From contig OZ241828.1 in the NCBI GenBank assembly GCA_965202585.1, forward strand, positions 52,700,001 to 52,764,000: DNA of 64,000 nt, in the 5' to 3' direction. This document shows, piece by piece, positions 27,231-39,340 of the stretch (the stretch's first letter is position 1; every line of letters begins with the position of its first letter). The translations under genes were made by a program, and so were the position numbers. The stretch comes from Thalia democratica (taxonomy: Eukaryota). The notes under the pieces are model-generated. The model saw only the letters and a list, made by a program, of their open reading frames with translations. It had not been told where the DNA came from and did no database searches.

Positions 27231-28321
27231 TCCCAAATTATATTGCGGTACAAAATAACTAAAGATAGAAATCTAGTCCATACTTCATAACAGACGAACA
27301 ATAACATCAAGCAGAGTCTAAATCAAGTTCAAAAAAGACCATTTACTGTTTTTCTCTAGTTGCTTTAAATCAATCATTAAACATCTTGCAAATGACATTT
27401 ATAAGGCAAATTTGTTAGTTCGATATTAGATAAGAAGCAGAAAGTTTATATTATCAATGAAAAAAACTTTAAAATTCCTTATTTAATTATCTTTGACCAG
27501 TTAAAGAAGTCTACACTTTAAAATAGGCAGTAATAAAAGAAAACAGTATGTTTCAATGTTTTAAGGTGACGCACCGTGCAGAGCACTTTCATTTGATTAT
27601 ATTTTGTGATGAATAGCTTGTTTTTGATAAGTTTGCAAAATTGGATGAAATTAATACTTCAGTTTCAATTACACTTAACGTTTTTTAAATATTCCAGTGA
27701 AGTTTATGTGAATAAAGCCACTGCTCAGCATTAAAACAGCGACAAAGAGCTACTAAACTTTAAAAGATAATTAAAATACTGATATACATTAAAACTAGGG
27801 TATATTTCGGATAAGCTCTTTATTTTTTTATATTGTAAGACTAACCTATTTGTTTACATCTTTATTTAGTACACTTATAACTTCTTTTCACAAAACTTTT
27901 TAAATAAGTATAGAGTAGTTTATCAACTTTAAAACACTTAAAACTGAAAAAAAAAACAATATTTATCAAAACATCAAAAATATTTATATAAATCTTTGTT
28001 AAACGTTGAAAAATAAAAAGATTGAAATAATGTTTTAAAATAGTTAAATAACTGAAGTTGATAAACAGAGCTTTTTTTTTTAATTTTAATTTTTAGACTT
28101 TGATAAAGCAAGTTGATGTCGTTCTTTTTTTGCATCTAATGTTAAATCTTTGACCCATTATTTTTTTTTTAATATATTTTCTCTTTTTCATAACTTTCTT
28201 ATAATATATTTCATCGTAGATACTTTGAATAGTGTCAAACTTATTGAAAAAAAAACCTTTAGTGACTATTAGAAATATATACAATGATGATTTTTGTATA
28301 CTACAAAAGGAAGCTTTTTAT

Positions 28322-28642
28322 CAGAGATTGACAGACTGAGGCCTGTGGTCCATGAAGGATAAAAGTACTGTCTGTTAGTATGTAAACTTTAAAGAATTAC
28401 ACTAGACTTGCTAAGATCGTAAGAAAGATAAAACAAAAAATACAGGTACAATTTACGGTAGATATATCGAAACTTACACTAGATGTTTTGTGATCAGACA
28501 CAAAGAGTAAAGAAAGTCATAGGTATAATTGGAAGGAGACTTGAAAAAAAGCTGACGTTTTGAATAAAGCTACAGTTGCAGCCCGCGAACATTATTGTGT
28601 TCCAAATTTGGCCCGCGACCACCTAATGCCTGCTGACCCCGG
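28322..28642. mobile_element. Old hAT-Charlie-like MITE
   Basis: Right end GGCCCGCGACC...GCTGACCCCGG; degenerate left end CAGAGATTGACAGACTGAGGCCTGTGG; shares AAACTTACACTAGA with the 18641 element; no clean TSD. Confidence 0.5.
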
Positions 28643-30818
28643 ATCTGTCCTCGTTACATTTCGCATTCGTTCAAACAAGGTGTATGATAGTTACTATAAC
28701 TTGAGTTTTTGATAATTTATTAATTACCTACCTGAAATTTTTTTAAATAGGAACATACTTGAATACTAACTAATTTAGCACTTAAAGCTTTTTTTCTAGT
28801 TTAAGCTATCTAATCTTTAGTTTAATATCTTGTCTCGTTTAATTGTTATATAAGCTAAGAATCTAAATGTAAACGAAGAAATATTACTTTATGTAAAAGA
28901 TTTTGATCCCATTCATTTACGCATTTTTTTATCAACTGGTATCATGGTTGTCTTAAATTTAAATTTTCTATGAATAGCAAACACTTGCCTACTTTTGAAT
29001 CGTCATTCACTAAATATTGAAACACTTACTGTAAAAAAAGTTTGAAAACCGCTAGATTTTTTATTTTATTTTTTGGTTATAATGAATGTGTATTTGTGCG
29101 ACAATTGACTGTGAACAAATAGAGCTAATTAACTACAAAAAATGATAAATTATTTACACACTTTTTGTAAATATACTGAACAATTGAAAGTTCTACCAAA
29201 GTACAGGTTAATACAGACTTATTACGAATATCTTTTAAGTTTGAGTGCTTAAATGTATTCAAAAATAAACTACATCGCTGAAATTAATTATGGACTGTTG
29301 TTTTGTGCTTTCATGGCAATACTACTAATTTCACTGCTTTTAACTGTAAAATGTACACAGAATTTTAACTGAAATAGATCTTAAATTGTTTTATTTTGTT
29401 TGAAACTTTTGCCTAGTAGTTTTTAAGTGTGATACTATTTTTTGTGACGTTGGAGACGAATTTAAAATCTAATTATGATGAATGACACTTTGTATTCATT
29501 ATTTTTAACAAATCGTAAAAAGTTACTTTCGAAAATGAGCACTTTAAATTAGTATAATCTAAAAATAAATTTATATTAAGGGTATTAGTAGACTGCTAAA
29601 ATTTAAGGAAAATAGTTGTTAAGTAAAGTTTTATGTAAAAAACTTCTTAATGATTAGTAAATTTAATTTTGTTTAAAGTTAGTTGAATTTATATAAACAA
29701 AAATTAAAACTATTGTATAGCATATACCAAAAAGCCAAAATATTGTACTAATTTTTTAACTAAAGCTGAACACTATAAAACAAAGTTTTGCGGAATATCA
29801 ATCAGCTATAATATATTTAAATTTTTCATTTTGTTCTAAACCTTTTAACTAAGAAGTTTAGAATGATTTTATATCATTAATTTAAAATTTTTAAAAGTTA
29901 GTCTTTTGTTATAATAAATAAATTTCTAAAAATGTTTAAAGCTTTCTTCATTACAAACTTTGTTAGGTTTTTTTTGTAATCAAGTCATAGAAGACAGTGA
30001 TGACATGGTTGGATTGTTGTTGTGATATTTCTGTGGTAGATACTTGCTTGGCGATTCGAGCCTCTTGCTTTTCACAGTTGCATTTTTTATTGCTGCCTTT
30101 GTAATGGCTTTTCAAATGGATCTTTCTTTAATTTGTTCAAAAAAAATTTTTTTTTGGTAAATTAAAAGTTAATGTTAACGAGGCAGCTAAAATTACTATT
30201 GATGTAAAACACTCGCTTTTGCCGAGAAAACGTTATTGTTGCAGAGTTATAGACTGATGTTTTTTTTTTAATTATTAAATTGTTGTTTTAATATTAATAG
30301 TACATTGGAATTGTTAGGAAATAAAACAAAAAGTTTGATATTAAACATAGAGTATTATAAGTTGTTAATACATGGAAACACTACATTCAAAAAAGTACCA
30401 AAAAAATCATATTCAGAAAATATTCTACCAATATTTCAAACATTTAAAAAAAGTTTAGATACTTAATCGAAATTCTTCTACTCTTTTTTTTTAAACTAGT
30501 TTATTAAGCAAAAAACAATGTTAGTTAGTTTAGTATTTATTTAAACTAAACTTAAAACAAAAAATAATATTACACTATAAAAAAAATTGATTATCTCTTT
30601 TTCTGAAATGTGCTTTAAGCTTAAATAAATAGCAGTTTAAAAACTTTTATTAAAAGTTTGTACATAAACGATGAAGAACTAATTGAATTAAAATGTTTTT
30701 TAGTTATTTAGTTTTATTCCGAAAGAGAAATATATTTGAATTCAAGTACAAATTAAGATTTTTCAGAAGTTTACATTTGCACTAACAAACAGTTCATAGT
30801 TTTTGAAGGTTAGTTAAA

Positions 30819-31366
30819 ATGCGAGTTCTCATAAACTTGGATGAAAACCGGTTGGCATATAAATTTTCCATTCAGCATTTTACCGTACTTCAGTTAAAAA
30901 AAGTAACCGAACAAGGAACAAGGATACATGTATACCTGTCAAAGACCAGAATATGTTTCGCTATCCAGAGAAACCTCTTCCATTTCCTGGTATGAGAGCG
31001 TTAGTAAATAATGACATTTTTTATGTAACAAACAATTTGAGCTCGTGCTTAAGCTCGGAGCAAAGTCTTCCTGGGCACATTTCTATGTCAATATTCTGCT
31101 TGAAAACGGTGAAAGAACGCCGGTAAGGTACAGGTTTAACCGATTGACCTCAATTTCTGGTATCAAGGAACAAGTTTCTGCTGACACAGGGATGCAAGTG
31201 AACAGTTTTCAGCAGGGCAATTTGAACAGGGATGTCTAACAACATCCGTGGTAATCCGTTTCCTGACGAGCAGAATTTCTTCAAAATTCCTGTTTATAAC
31301 GGAGCAACTTTGCATATGATAGAAAATTTACCGCGTGGTCGGAAACAATATTTAGTGAATGATTGA
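30819..31366 (+). pseudogene. Frameshifted tandem di-ubiquitin-like gene
   Basis: Domain 1: MRVLINLDENRLAYKFSIQHFTVLQLKK (T22 and K27 in ubiquitin register), IPVKDQNMF, FELVLKLG. Domain 2: FYVNILLENG...IKEQVSADTGM...IRGNPFPD...NGATLHM. Three frame breaks (about 30928, about 31025-31030, about 31205). AATAAA at 31437-31442. Confidence 0.7.
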
Positions 31367-33992
31367 AACGTCTTGCAAGTGTGTATAACTGTTGACAGTA
31401 CGAGTTTTAGTTGATGATTTTCTATTCCTATGTTTCAATAAAATGTTTGTTTCTAAGAAATATGTTTTAATTATTTAAAACAGCACAATGTTAGTTGTAA
31501 TATGTCATAATAATAGTATAGCTTTAAAAAATATTAAAGTACAGTTAAAATTTTGTTGAATAAATCATAACAGATAACTTAATGATATAAGGAGTTTTTC
31601 AAATATTATCGTAGTAGCTTACTAAATAAGATTTAATTTAAATTATGACGAAAAATACTTTAAATAGAGCTAAAACTATGATTTGGCGAGCTAGATGCGG
31701 CACGCAAAAGAGAAAAAGCGAGACTGCGGCTTGCAGTGGACCTTTTAGCTATAAGCATACTAACATAAAAGTTTTTTTTGGGATATTTGTTAACAATTTA
31801 GGTTTTTAAATAAATAATTACTTACGATCAGTTTAAGCTTTATCATATTTTTGTATTACATTAATGTTATTTTATTGTTTATTGAGAGCATTTTTAAAAA
31901 CCGCAGGCCGCGGAAGTAATATCACTAGTAGCAAAAGTTATTATTTGTATAAATATTATTTTAAAGTTATTAGAAATATCATTAGGAAAATCTGCCTGCG
32001 ACTTAAAAGAGGCTGACTATCCCTGCTCTATAAAAAAAAAAATAATTCACTTTGAAAATATCTAACCAGTTTTTAAGCACTAAGGCAATTAATTTTTAAT
32101 CATTTTCAAGTTTTAATCAGGTTAAATGAATAATTTTACTTTTCATAAGCTTTAATCAGTTTAATTTTAGGCAAATGTAGTAACATAATACCAATTATCA
32201 GCATTGAATGAAATTTTTTTCAAAAATTGACTAAAACTTCATACCGCTTTTCCTTACTATAAATAATTGCTTGATATTAAAAAAATAGACCTATCAGCAA
32301 ATCAAAAGAAAAATTAAACGTCTACACAAAAATTCTATTGGAAAAAAAGTATTATTGATTTATAATCAATCTAATCATGACCATTTATTTTTGAACTCAG
32401 TTTCTTCAGTTTATTATTTTTATAGTTTTATATTTTATGCTGATATTTTAAAAGCTAGTAGCAAAACGCCTATAAACAAATTAACTTTTTACTTTTAGCA
32501 AACATTTTTTGTTTTTACAACCTAATAATAAATGTTTTATTATGTGTAATTAAAGGTAAATTTCATTAAGCTGCTTGGTTTTCACTGTGAGATAAAAATA
32601 TTTGTAATTTTTTTAGATTCACTGAAACGCGAAGTTGACAACAAAAAAAGAAACAAATATTTTCTATTTTGTAAAGTCTATCAAACAGCAAAATAGAGCT
32701 CAAAAAGTTTAATCTATGGACCTAGGTGTATTAAACAATATTTCGGTTTTCACCACGGATACAGTTTAATGTCTTATCAATTTCTATAGTTTAGTACGTA
32801 CCTTCAAATTTTTTTTAATGTATCAAGAAAAGATTAAAGCTAGCACAAAAAAATTTTCAAACAATATTAACAATGACGTGATTGTTCAAATATAAGTTTT
32901 ATATTAAATAGAGCTGATAGATTTAGAATTTGCTAAACTTAGAATTATTTAAAAGAAAACGAGGGATCAATATATCTAACACAAAAACTTTTAGTTAAAA
33001 GTAAAAAAATAAATCTAGGATTATTATATGCTTTTAAATAAAAGTTTAAGACTTTATTACGAGAAACAAAAAAGTCAAAAAAACAAGAAGTACTCTTTAT
33101 TTTGTACAATAAAGAGTATAAGTTATTTTTCTCAAGTGCATATACTACCTGAGACTGTATTAACTAAAATTTTAACCTTAAACTTTTGTTTTTCTATTGA
33201 AACAGAAACAATACTCAAAATTGAAAAGAAGATAACTTAATCTATAATGCAAGTATATTACTAAGGTTTCTTTTTAATTTACAGACATAAAATTATTATA
33301 AAAAGCATATTATATTTTTTAGTATAAAGAATTTTTTTTAAATAAGTTTATTTCGTTAGAAAAATAATTCCACGTAGTAGTATGCATTCCAAACTTAATA
33401 TTAGAACAATGACAAAATAAATCATATTTCGTTAAGAAAAAATGAGGCAGCATTTTTTTGAGATAAAATTATCAATGTTAAAGCATTATATGTAAGGAAT
33501 ATCATCAACTTTGAATTCTTGCGTTATAACCTACGCTAAAAAAGAAAACTTATTTACTTGAAATTAAAAAAAAAAGATTTTTATATTCTAAACCATTCTT
33601 ACGTTCAGTATATCAAATTGAAACAACTTTTATTTAAAAGCATCTGCTAACAAAAAATATCTAGCTTTCTAGCTATAAAAACTAATGTAAATCATCGAAA
33701 GCAAAATTTATTAAAAAAACTCAAAACATGCTATAAGTTATTTTGGTTAAAACTAAAGCTTGACTTGAATCTAGTTGTATGCAAAAATATAATAAAATAA
33801 AACACGTAGTTTTACAAATACAAGCGATGCTAGGCACAATGAAATCTTAAATAGAAACAAAATTCTCTAAGTTGCACTAAATGGTATAAAAACTAATTGA
33901 AATTATCTTTCAACACTTTGAACTTTGTTTAAGGTTTTAAATTTAAATTTAATTGTACGTATATTTTTAACATACTCAAATACTAATAAAAA

Positions 33993-36900
33993 TTATTCTA
34001 AAGTCACATACACGTGAAATACGCCTTTAAGCTTCTCATACCAATTGCTCCATAGCTCAAAAATTTTCAACTCCAAAACCCTGTCTTCTTCCTTTACTCT
34101 CACAAGACTTTTCGACAGATCAGGGAAGCGTTTGAAAGCCACCGCATCTTTATTCGGCACATCTTCAAACGAACACTGAATGTTATCATCTCCTCGGCCG
34201 AGAAGCCTTCTCACTATGCCCGTTATCAGGATTTCCACCGGAACTCTGGACTTGGGGGAATTTACCAGAAAAAGTAATGTTTGGTGGATGTCGTTGGCAA
34301 GCAAAACTGGCATGAAGTACAACCCGTCCTGACAGTGCGGAGGCCAGAAGTCACCACCGTAGTCAGTTCTAAAAAATTTTAATTTTACATTTAAGCTTGT
34401 GTTTAAAGAGATTTTATGTTTTGTCTTAGTCCTACTATAGTATAAACCTGATGTAGATTAGAATAGAAAACTAAGTTAAAGGCTAATTTATATATCAACA
34501 ATGTTAGGCACAAACTTGGGTTTTGTTTTTCAAGCCTTACAACTAATAACACAAATTGTTAATTACCAAAAACTGATATCTTAACAGCCTCAAGTGTTAA
34601 ACCACAAATTAATAATACAAATTGATTAACTACTTTAAACACTCTCAACAACCTACTTGCTGACAAGCTTGTCTTTGTTTGCACTCCTGTTTACTTTGTC
34701 TTTCTCCCTGTACTTGTCAAAACAGTAAACCGACTGCCTCTGGTTCGTCACAATCGACGAACCGTCTCCGTTGTTAGTAACGAACAAGCGGTCGGGAGGC
34801 TTCACCGTCGTCAAATGTTTGTCCACGTGATCGCGCAGCAAACCGATGTCGATTATGACGTCATCTGACGTGAAAGCGACGACGAAATCGTTGGGCAATG
34901 TGTTGGCGGTCCACTGGAGGCACGCGATGTGTTTCGTCAGGGATTCGCTGATAAAAATATACAAGAGGTCTGCTTTTTTATGTCAAATTTGATGCATTCG
35001 AAAAGTTAAAGTTAGACACTTTTGAAATATTGTTTTGTCTAATATTTTGTTTTGTGAAATATTTAGTCTTTTTAAAACAAAACATTTGTTTTCTAAATGT
35101 AATTTTAATATTTAACTTTATTAGCATAACTAGTATTATTTTTATAAAAACTATTAAAAAAACACTACAATAAACAAAGTTTTTAACTTTTTAACAGTGT
35201 TTAAAATGTTATTTATACGTGTCAGAAATTTGTTTTTTTTTTACACAAAATAAATGCTGTCTAATCGTAATTTTTATATTGAACATTTTTAGCACTTCTA
35301 GTACTGTTTTTATAATTTATAAAAAAATAAACACAAAAATAAACAATTTGTTTAACTTTTTTTACATTATTTTTATACTTTAGCCTATATATTAAAATTT
35401 ATTAACTTATGTGATCTACGAAAACTTTTCTATGCATAAAGTTTGCACGTTTATTTGTTTGTGAAAATTCTTTTTATAATTACGTTATATAAATATTCCG
35501 ATAGACTTTTATTGACAATATAACTTCGCCCACTTAAAACTGATTATCTTAGTTAAAATGAAATAGTTTAGAATATCTTCATATAACAAACTTTGGCAAA
35601 TCATTTCCTTTATATTGTAGTATGTCACCATAACGCTTATTTTCTTCGTTTATTTCGTGTTGCAAGTTTTCATTTTCGCCCATTACAAACACTGTTTCTA
35701 TTCTGTTTGAACAAATATAAACTTACGTTTGTGAAACGTGCTTATTTTGTACGTCAAAGTTATGAAGTTTTGACAATAATTTTATTTACTGATAAAGTTA
35801 AACATCTTACAACAAAACTCATAGAATATTCTTCAGTAAGTTTGTGGAAATTAGTTTTAAACGTACTCAACACAAGATATAGAATAAAAATTGTAAGGAA
35901 GAACTTTGGGTAACTACATTTATACAATAAAAGCTATGCAAACTGTTATAAAACAATTCACTATTAATTATTAGTTAATTAGCTACAAGTTATCTTTAAT
36001 ATTGTAGATAACGTGTATGTGAATTAACTACGATGCTTAATACTTTCATTTGTAAAAGTTTTAAACGTTAAACCATATAGTTACTGTATTTAATTTGCTA
36101 ATAAATAAATAAAAAAATACTCTGAGATTTAGGGAAAAGAGTAAACGCGTTCATTTACTTCATCAATAAGAAATAAAGAAATTAAGTACTCAACTTTATT
36201 AGAAACAAAAACTTAAAAGTTCAAAAATTTTTGACACAGGCTTGAAGAGTGTGTGTTTTTATAGCAAGCAGTTTAGCATAAAATAATTGTTTTTATTTTT
36301 TTAGATAACTTAAACTCAGATAAGTATGAATTTTGTTAGATTAATGAGTCACTTTTAAATATGTAAAGTTTGCTAACAAATTTTTAAAACTTGGTCAACT
36401 TGAAAAAAAAATCTTAGTCAAACCTACTGAAATTTTATTTATTAATATCTATCCAAACAATTAGTTTATAAACTTCTTTTGTGCTGGTATTAGAACCACT
36501 TAAAATTTCTACAAAAGAGAAAATTTAGTGAACTATAAGCAGCAGAGCTAATGTTTTGTTGTGATAAACTTCCATTAAAAAGTTGTGATTTTAGCTGTAA
36601 AATATTTTCTCTGAGTAAATAAATTTCGTTTAAAAATGAAAATTTTACTGCACCAAAGAAGACTACAGTATTCTTTGGTGCATTATTATTCTGCTGTATT
36701 ATCATTTTCATACAATATCTAATTAGATACTACGCTGATGCAATGTTTTAAACTTTTTACAAGTATTACGCATTTTTTACATCTGAAGTTTTATTTATAC
36801 ATAGAACTGTGGGCATATGACTGATATTTTATGTATTTTTAGTCAATAAAACTGATTAATGAAACAATAAAGGTTTTTAATTGGATATGTAAGAAATATG

Positions 36901-39340
36901 TACATTGTACAGTTCTTACCTTAAAAAAGAACTTTTAATTATTATAGTTACATTTTCCTCTAAATTAAATTAAATTACAAGCAAAAAACAGCTGCATAGA
37001 TGTCTTCTTTTTAAATAAGCTATCAATTAAAACGATTTTTAATGTTTACTAAAGTAATTTATGTATACAAACATTATATAACCATATAATATTCATAGTC
37101 TTAAACAAATTCTATTTTTTTCTAAATTGATCAATAAAATTTTGATATACAAATAAGCTTTTTTGATAAAAAAGTGTAGATTTGTAAGAAAATTAGCAAA
37201 ATAAACACGTGATAAACTAAAGACGTGTTCGATGCACGGTAACTTGCAAACCAAACTAACTTCCATCCTTGCACATCTTTGATGCTGGCATACGTGCTGC
37301 GGGCGATCTTTCTTCTGAAGACATGATCAGCCGCCGACTTTACAAAAATAACCAATGCGCCTTTCATGAAAGATCCTGCGAACGTGTGTCCTTGAAGGTT
37401 GCGAGTATGCTGCAAAATATTAGGTTTTTGTCAAACAGTAGTACTTTAATTAAACAACAGCTCCTTACTTGAAATATTTTTTGTAAAGCCTTAGTCAAAT
37501 GATTTTAAAATAAACGCATCAATTGAATAATGCTTTAACAAGAATGCAGTTTGGTTGTTGATTTTTTGGGGTTGTTTTCATTTTTGTTTCAACCCTTTTA
37601 AATAAAAGTTGTAACAATTGTGTTTTGTTCTATTTCTAAACGCTTTAAGTACAATAATCTTTGCTTTAAGCTTGAAAACCTAAAGTTTAAAATTTATAGC
37701 ATGACAAGTAATTTATTTTATTTAGATATAAATAAATTTTCTTAAAATTCCAATCTTCTGTACGCCTAAATTTCTAAAAGTAAATATTTATACAAAACTT
37801 CGAAAATATATCGTTTTGTGAAATCTGATTTAGTATTAAAGAAGCTATTTGTTTAAGATATAAATCTCTTGCTTACAAAAAACTTTTCCGTGTTTATTGT
37901 TTACTGTTTACTGAGCTTGTAAAAAAGTTTTATACAAAAGTTTGCGGCTTGTACCTGTCAAAAATCACAAAAGAGCTATTAAAATTCACACAAAAAAGCT
38001 ATGCAAGCCAAAATATGCCATTTAGAATACGAAAACTTACGTTAAAACTTAAAGCAAACAATTGTAAAACTAACCAGCAGACCGTACGCGTTCGTCACCC
38101 TGAGTGGAACGTTCAAAAACTCGTATTCCAACACTTGACTGTTTTCGTTTTGCGAAACTTTAAATTGCGAAGGAAGCTCCTTTATGCCTCTCAGTTTAAT
38201 TTCGTTCGTTGCTTCCATTTGAATTTCGAGTTCTTCCTGCGCGCTAGTCCGCCTCAGAATCAGTTTGTTCTTCAAAAAATCATCGCCTTTCTGCTTTTCG
38301 AGCTGCTGCAGGCGAAGCTGGAAAAGTTCGAATTCCCGTGTCGTTTCGCTGTTAATTAAAATGTTGAGTTTGTGTATTTAAAACTAGGAAAAGGTTTGAG
38401 CTTGGTAACCGGTTATAAACAGTGCTAACACGAAGTTTTAAGACTTCTCTAAGTATCAAAACAAACTTTGGCTGCTATTTAAAGTATGTTTAAGGTTTTT
38501 GATGAGTTTTAAAAATTACAACGTATTAATAAACATTTATTAATGTATAAAAATTACATTGTAATAATTAACACTTTATGAATTATTACTTATTATTTAT
38601 TTTACTACATTGATTATATAAATATGATTTCATAATATTTTAGATTAGCTATATTATAAGTTTAAATTAGTCAAGAAGTAAACTAAAAGAACGTAATGAG
38701 GCTATTAAAAACTTTAGCATCATGTCTTTTAATTTTATAAACCAGTTAAACAGTATAACAATTGTTATTTCAAGTTTATTGAAAATTGAAAAGATATACA
38801 AAAAATTTATGTTTACATGCATTAAAAAATATATATTAACTATAGATATCTTATTATTATTTTGCCAACTTTAAACTAGGTGAAAAAATAACATTATTTA
38901 TTATTTGAATTAAAGCTATACATTGAACATTTTTAAATTTTTTAACTTTGTATGAAGTTAAAGCCATGTAGTTATATAAAGCATTAAAATAATGTGTTTT
39001 TTACAAAATTAAAAAAAAATATTTTAATATCATAAATGTAGTTTTGTTTTCTGAACAAACAGATCACTGAGCTTCTAAATAAAATTTAATTATGCGAACT
39101 TGTTTGCTTTCAAATAAATCAAATAAATCATCTTGTACAAGTACAGTAGGTCAATGATAGCTTTAAGTTTTTCAATTTAAACTTAAAAATGAAAAAAAAA
39201 CATTTATTAGTACAACATCTAATAACTTACTTAGGCATAGGTGTAATAATGACTTGAAATATAGAAAACATCATCGCTAAACCAAATAGAAACAATATCA
39301 ATGCTTTTGAGTTCATATTGTTACTTCGTACTCCAATCAT
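33993..39340 (-). CDS. GT31-family beta-1,3-galactosyltransferase-like type II membrane protein, 6 exons, 436 aa
   Basis: Exons 39231-39340, 38075-38348, 37261-37409, 35592-35702, 34657-34947, 33993-34368; GT-AG, phases consistent, 1311 nt. N-terminal anchor ALILFLFGLAMMFSIFQVII; motifs LVIFVKSA..HVFRRKIARSTY, IETVFVMG, EENKRYGDILQ, FTSDDV, YGGDFWPPHCQDGLY, PVEILITGI. Confidence 0.88.

Noticed and set aside
29990-30260. Slightly GC-richer stretch that could be an orphan exon
   Set aside because: No partner exons or recognisable protein motif; shares CTCTGCAACAATAA with about 24899 (inverted), suggesting repeat origin.
36649-36682. Perfect 12 bp stem, 10 nt loop (TGCACCAAAGAA...TTCTTTGGTGCA) in a GT31 intron
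   Set aside because: Isolated, with no Helitron CTRR end or other context; could be chance or a tiny MITE relic.
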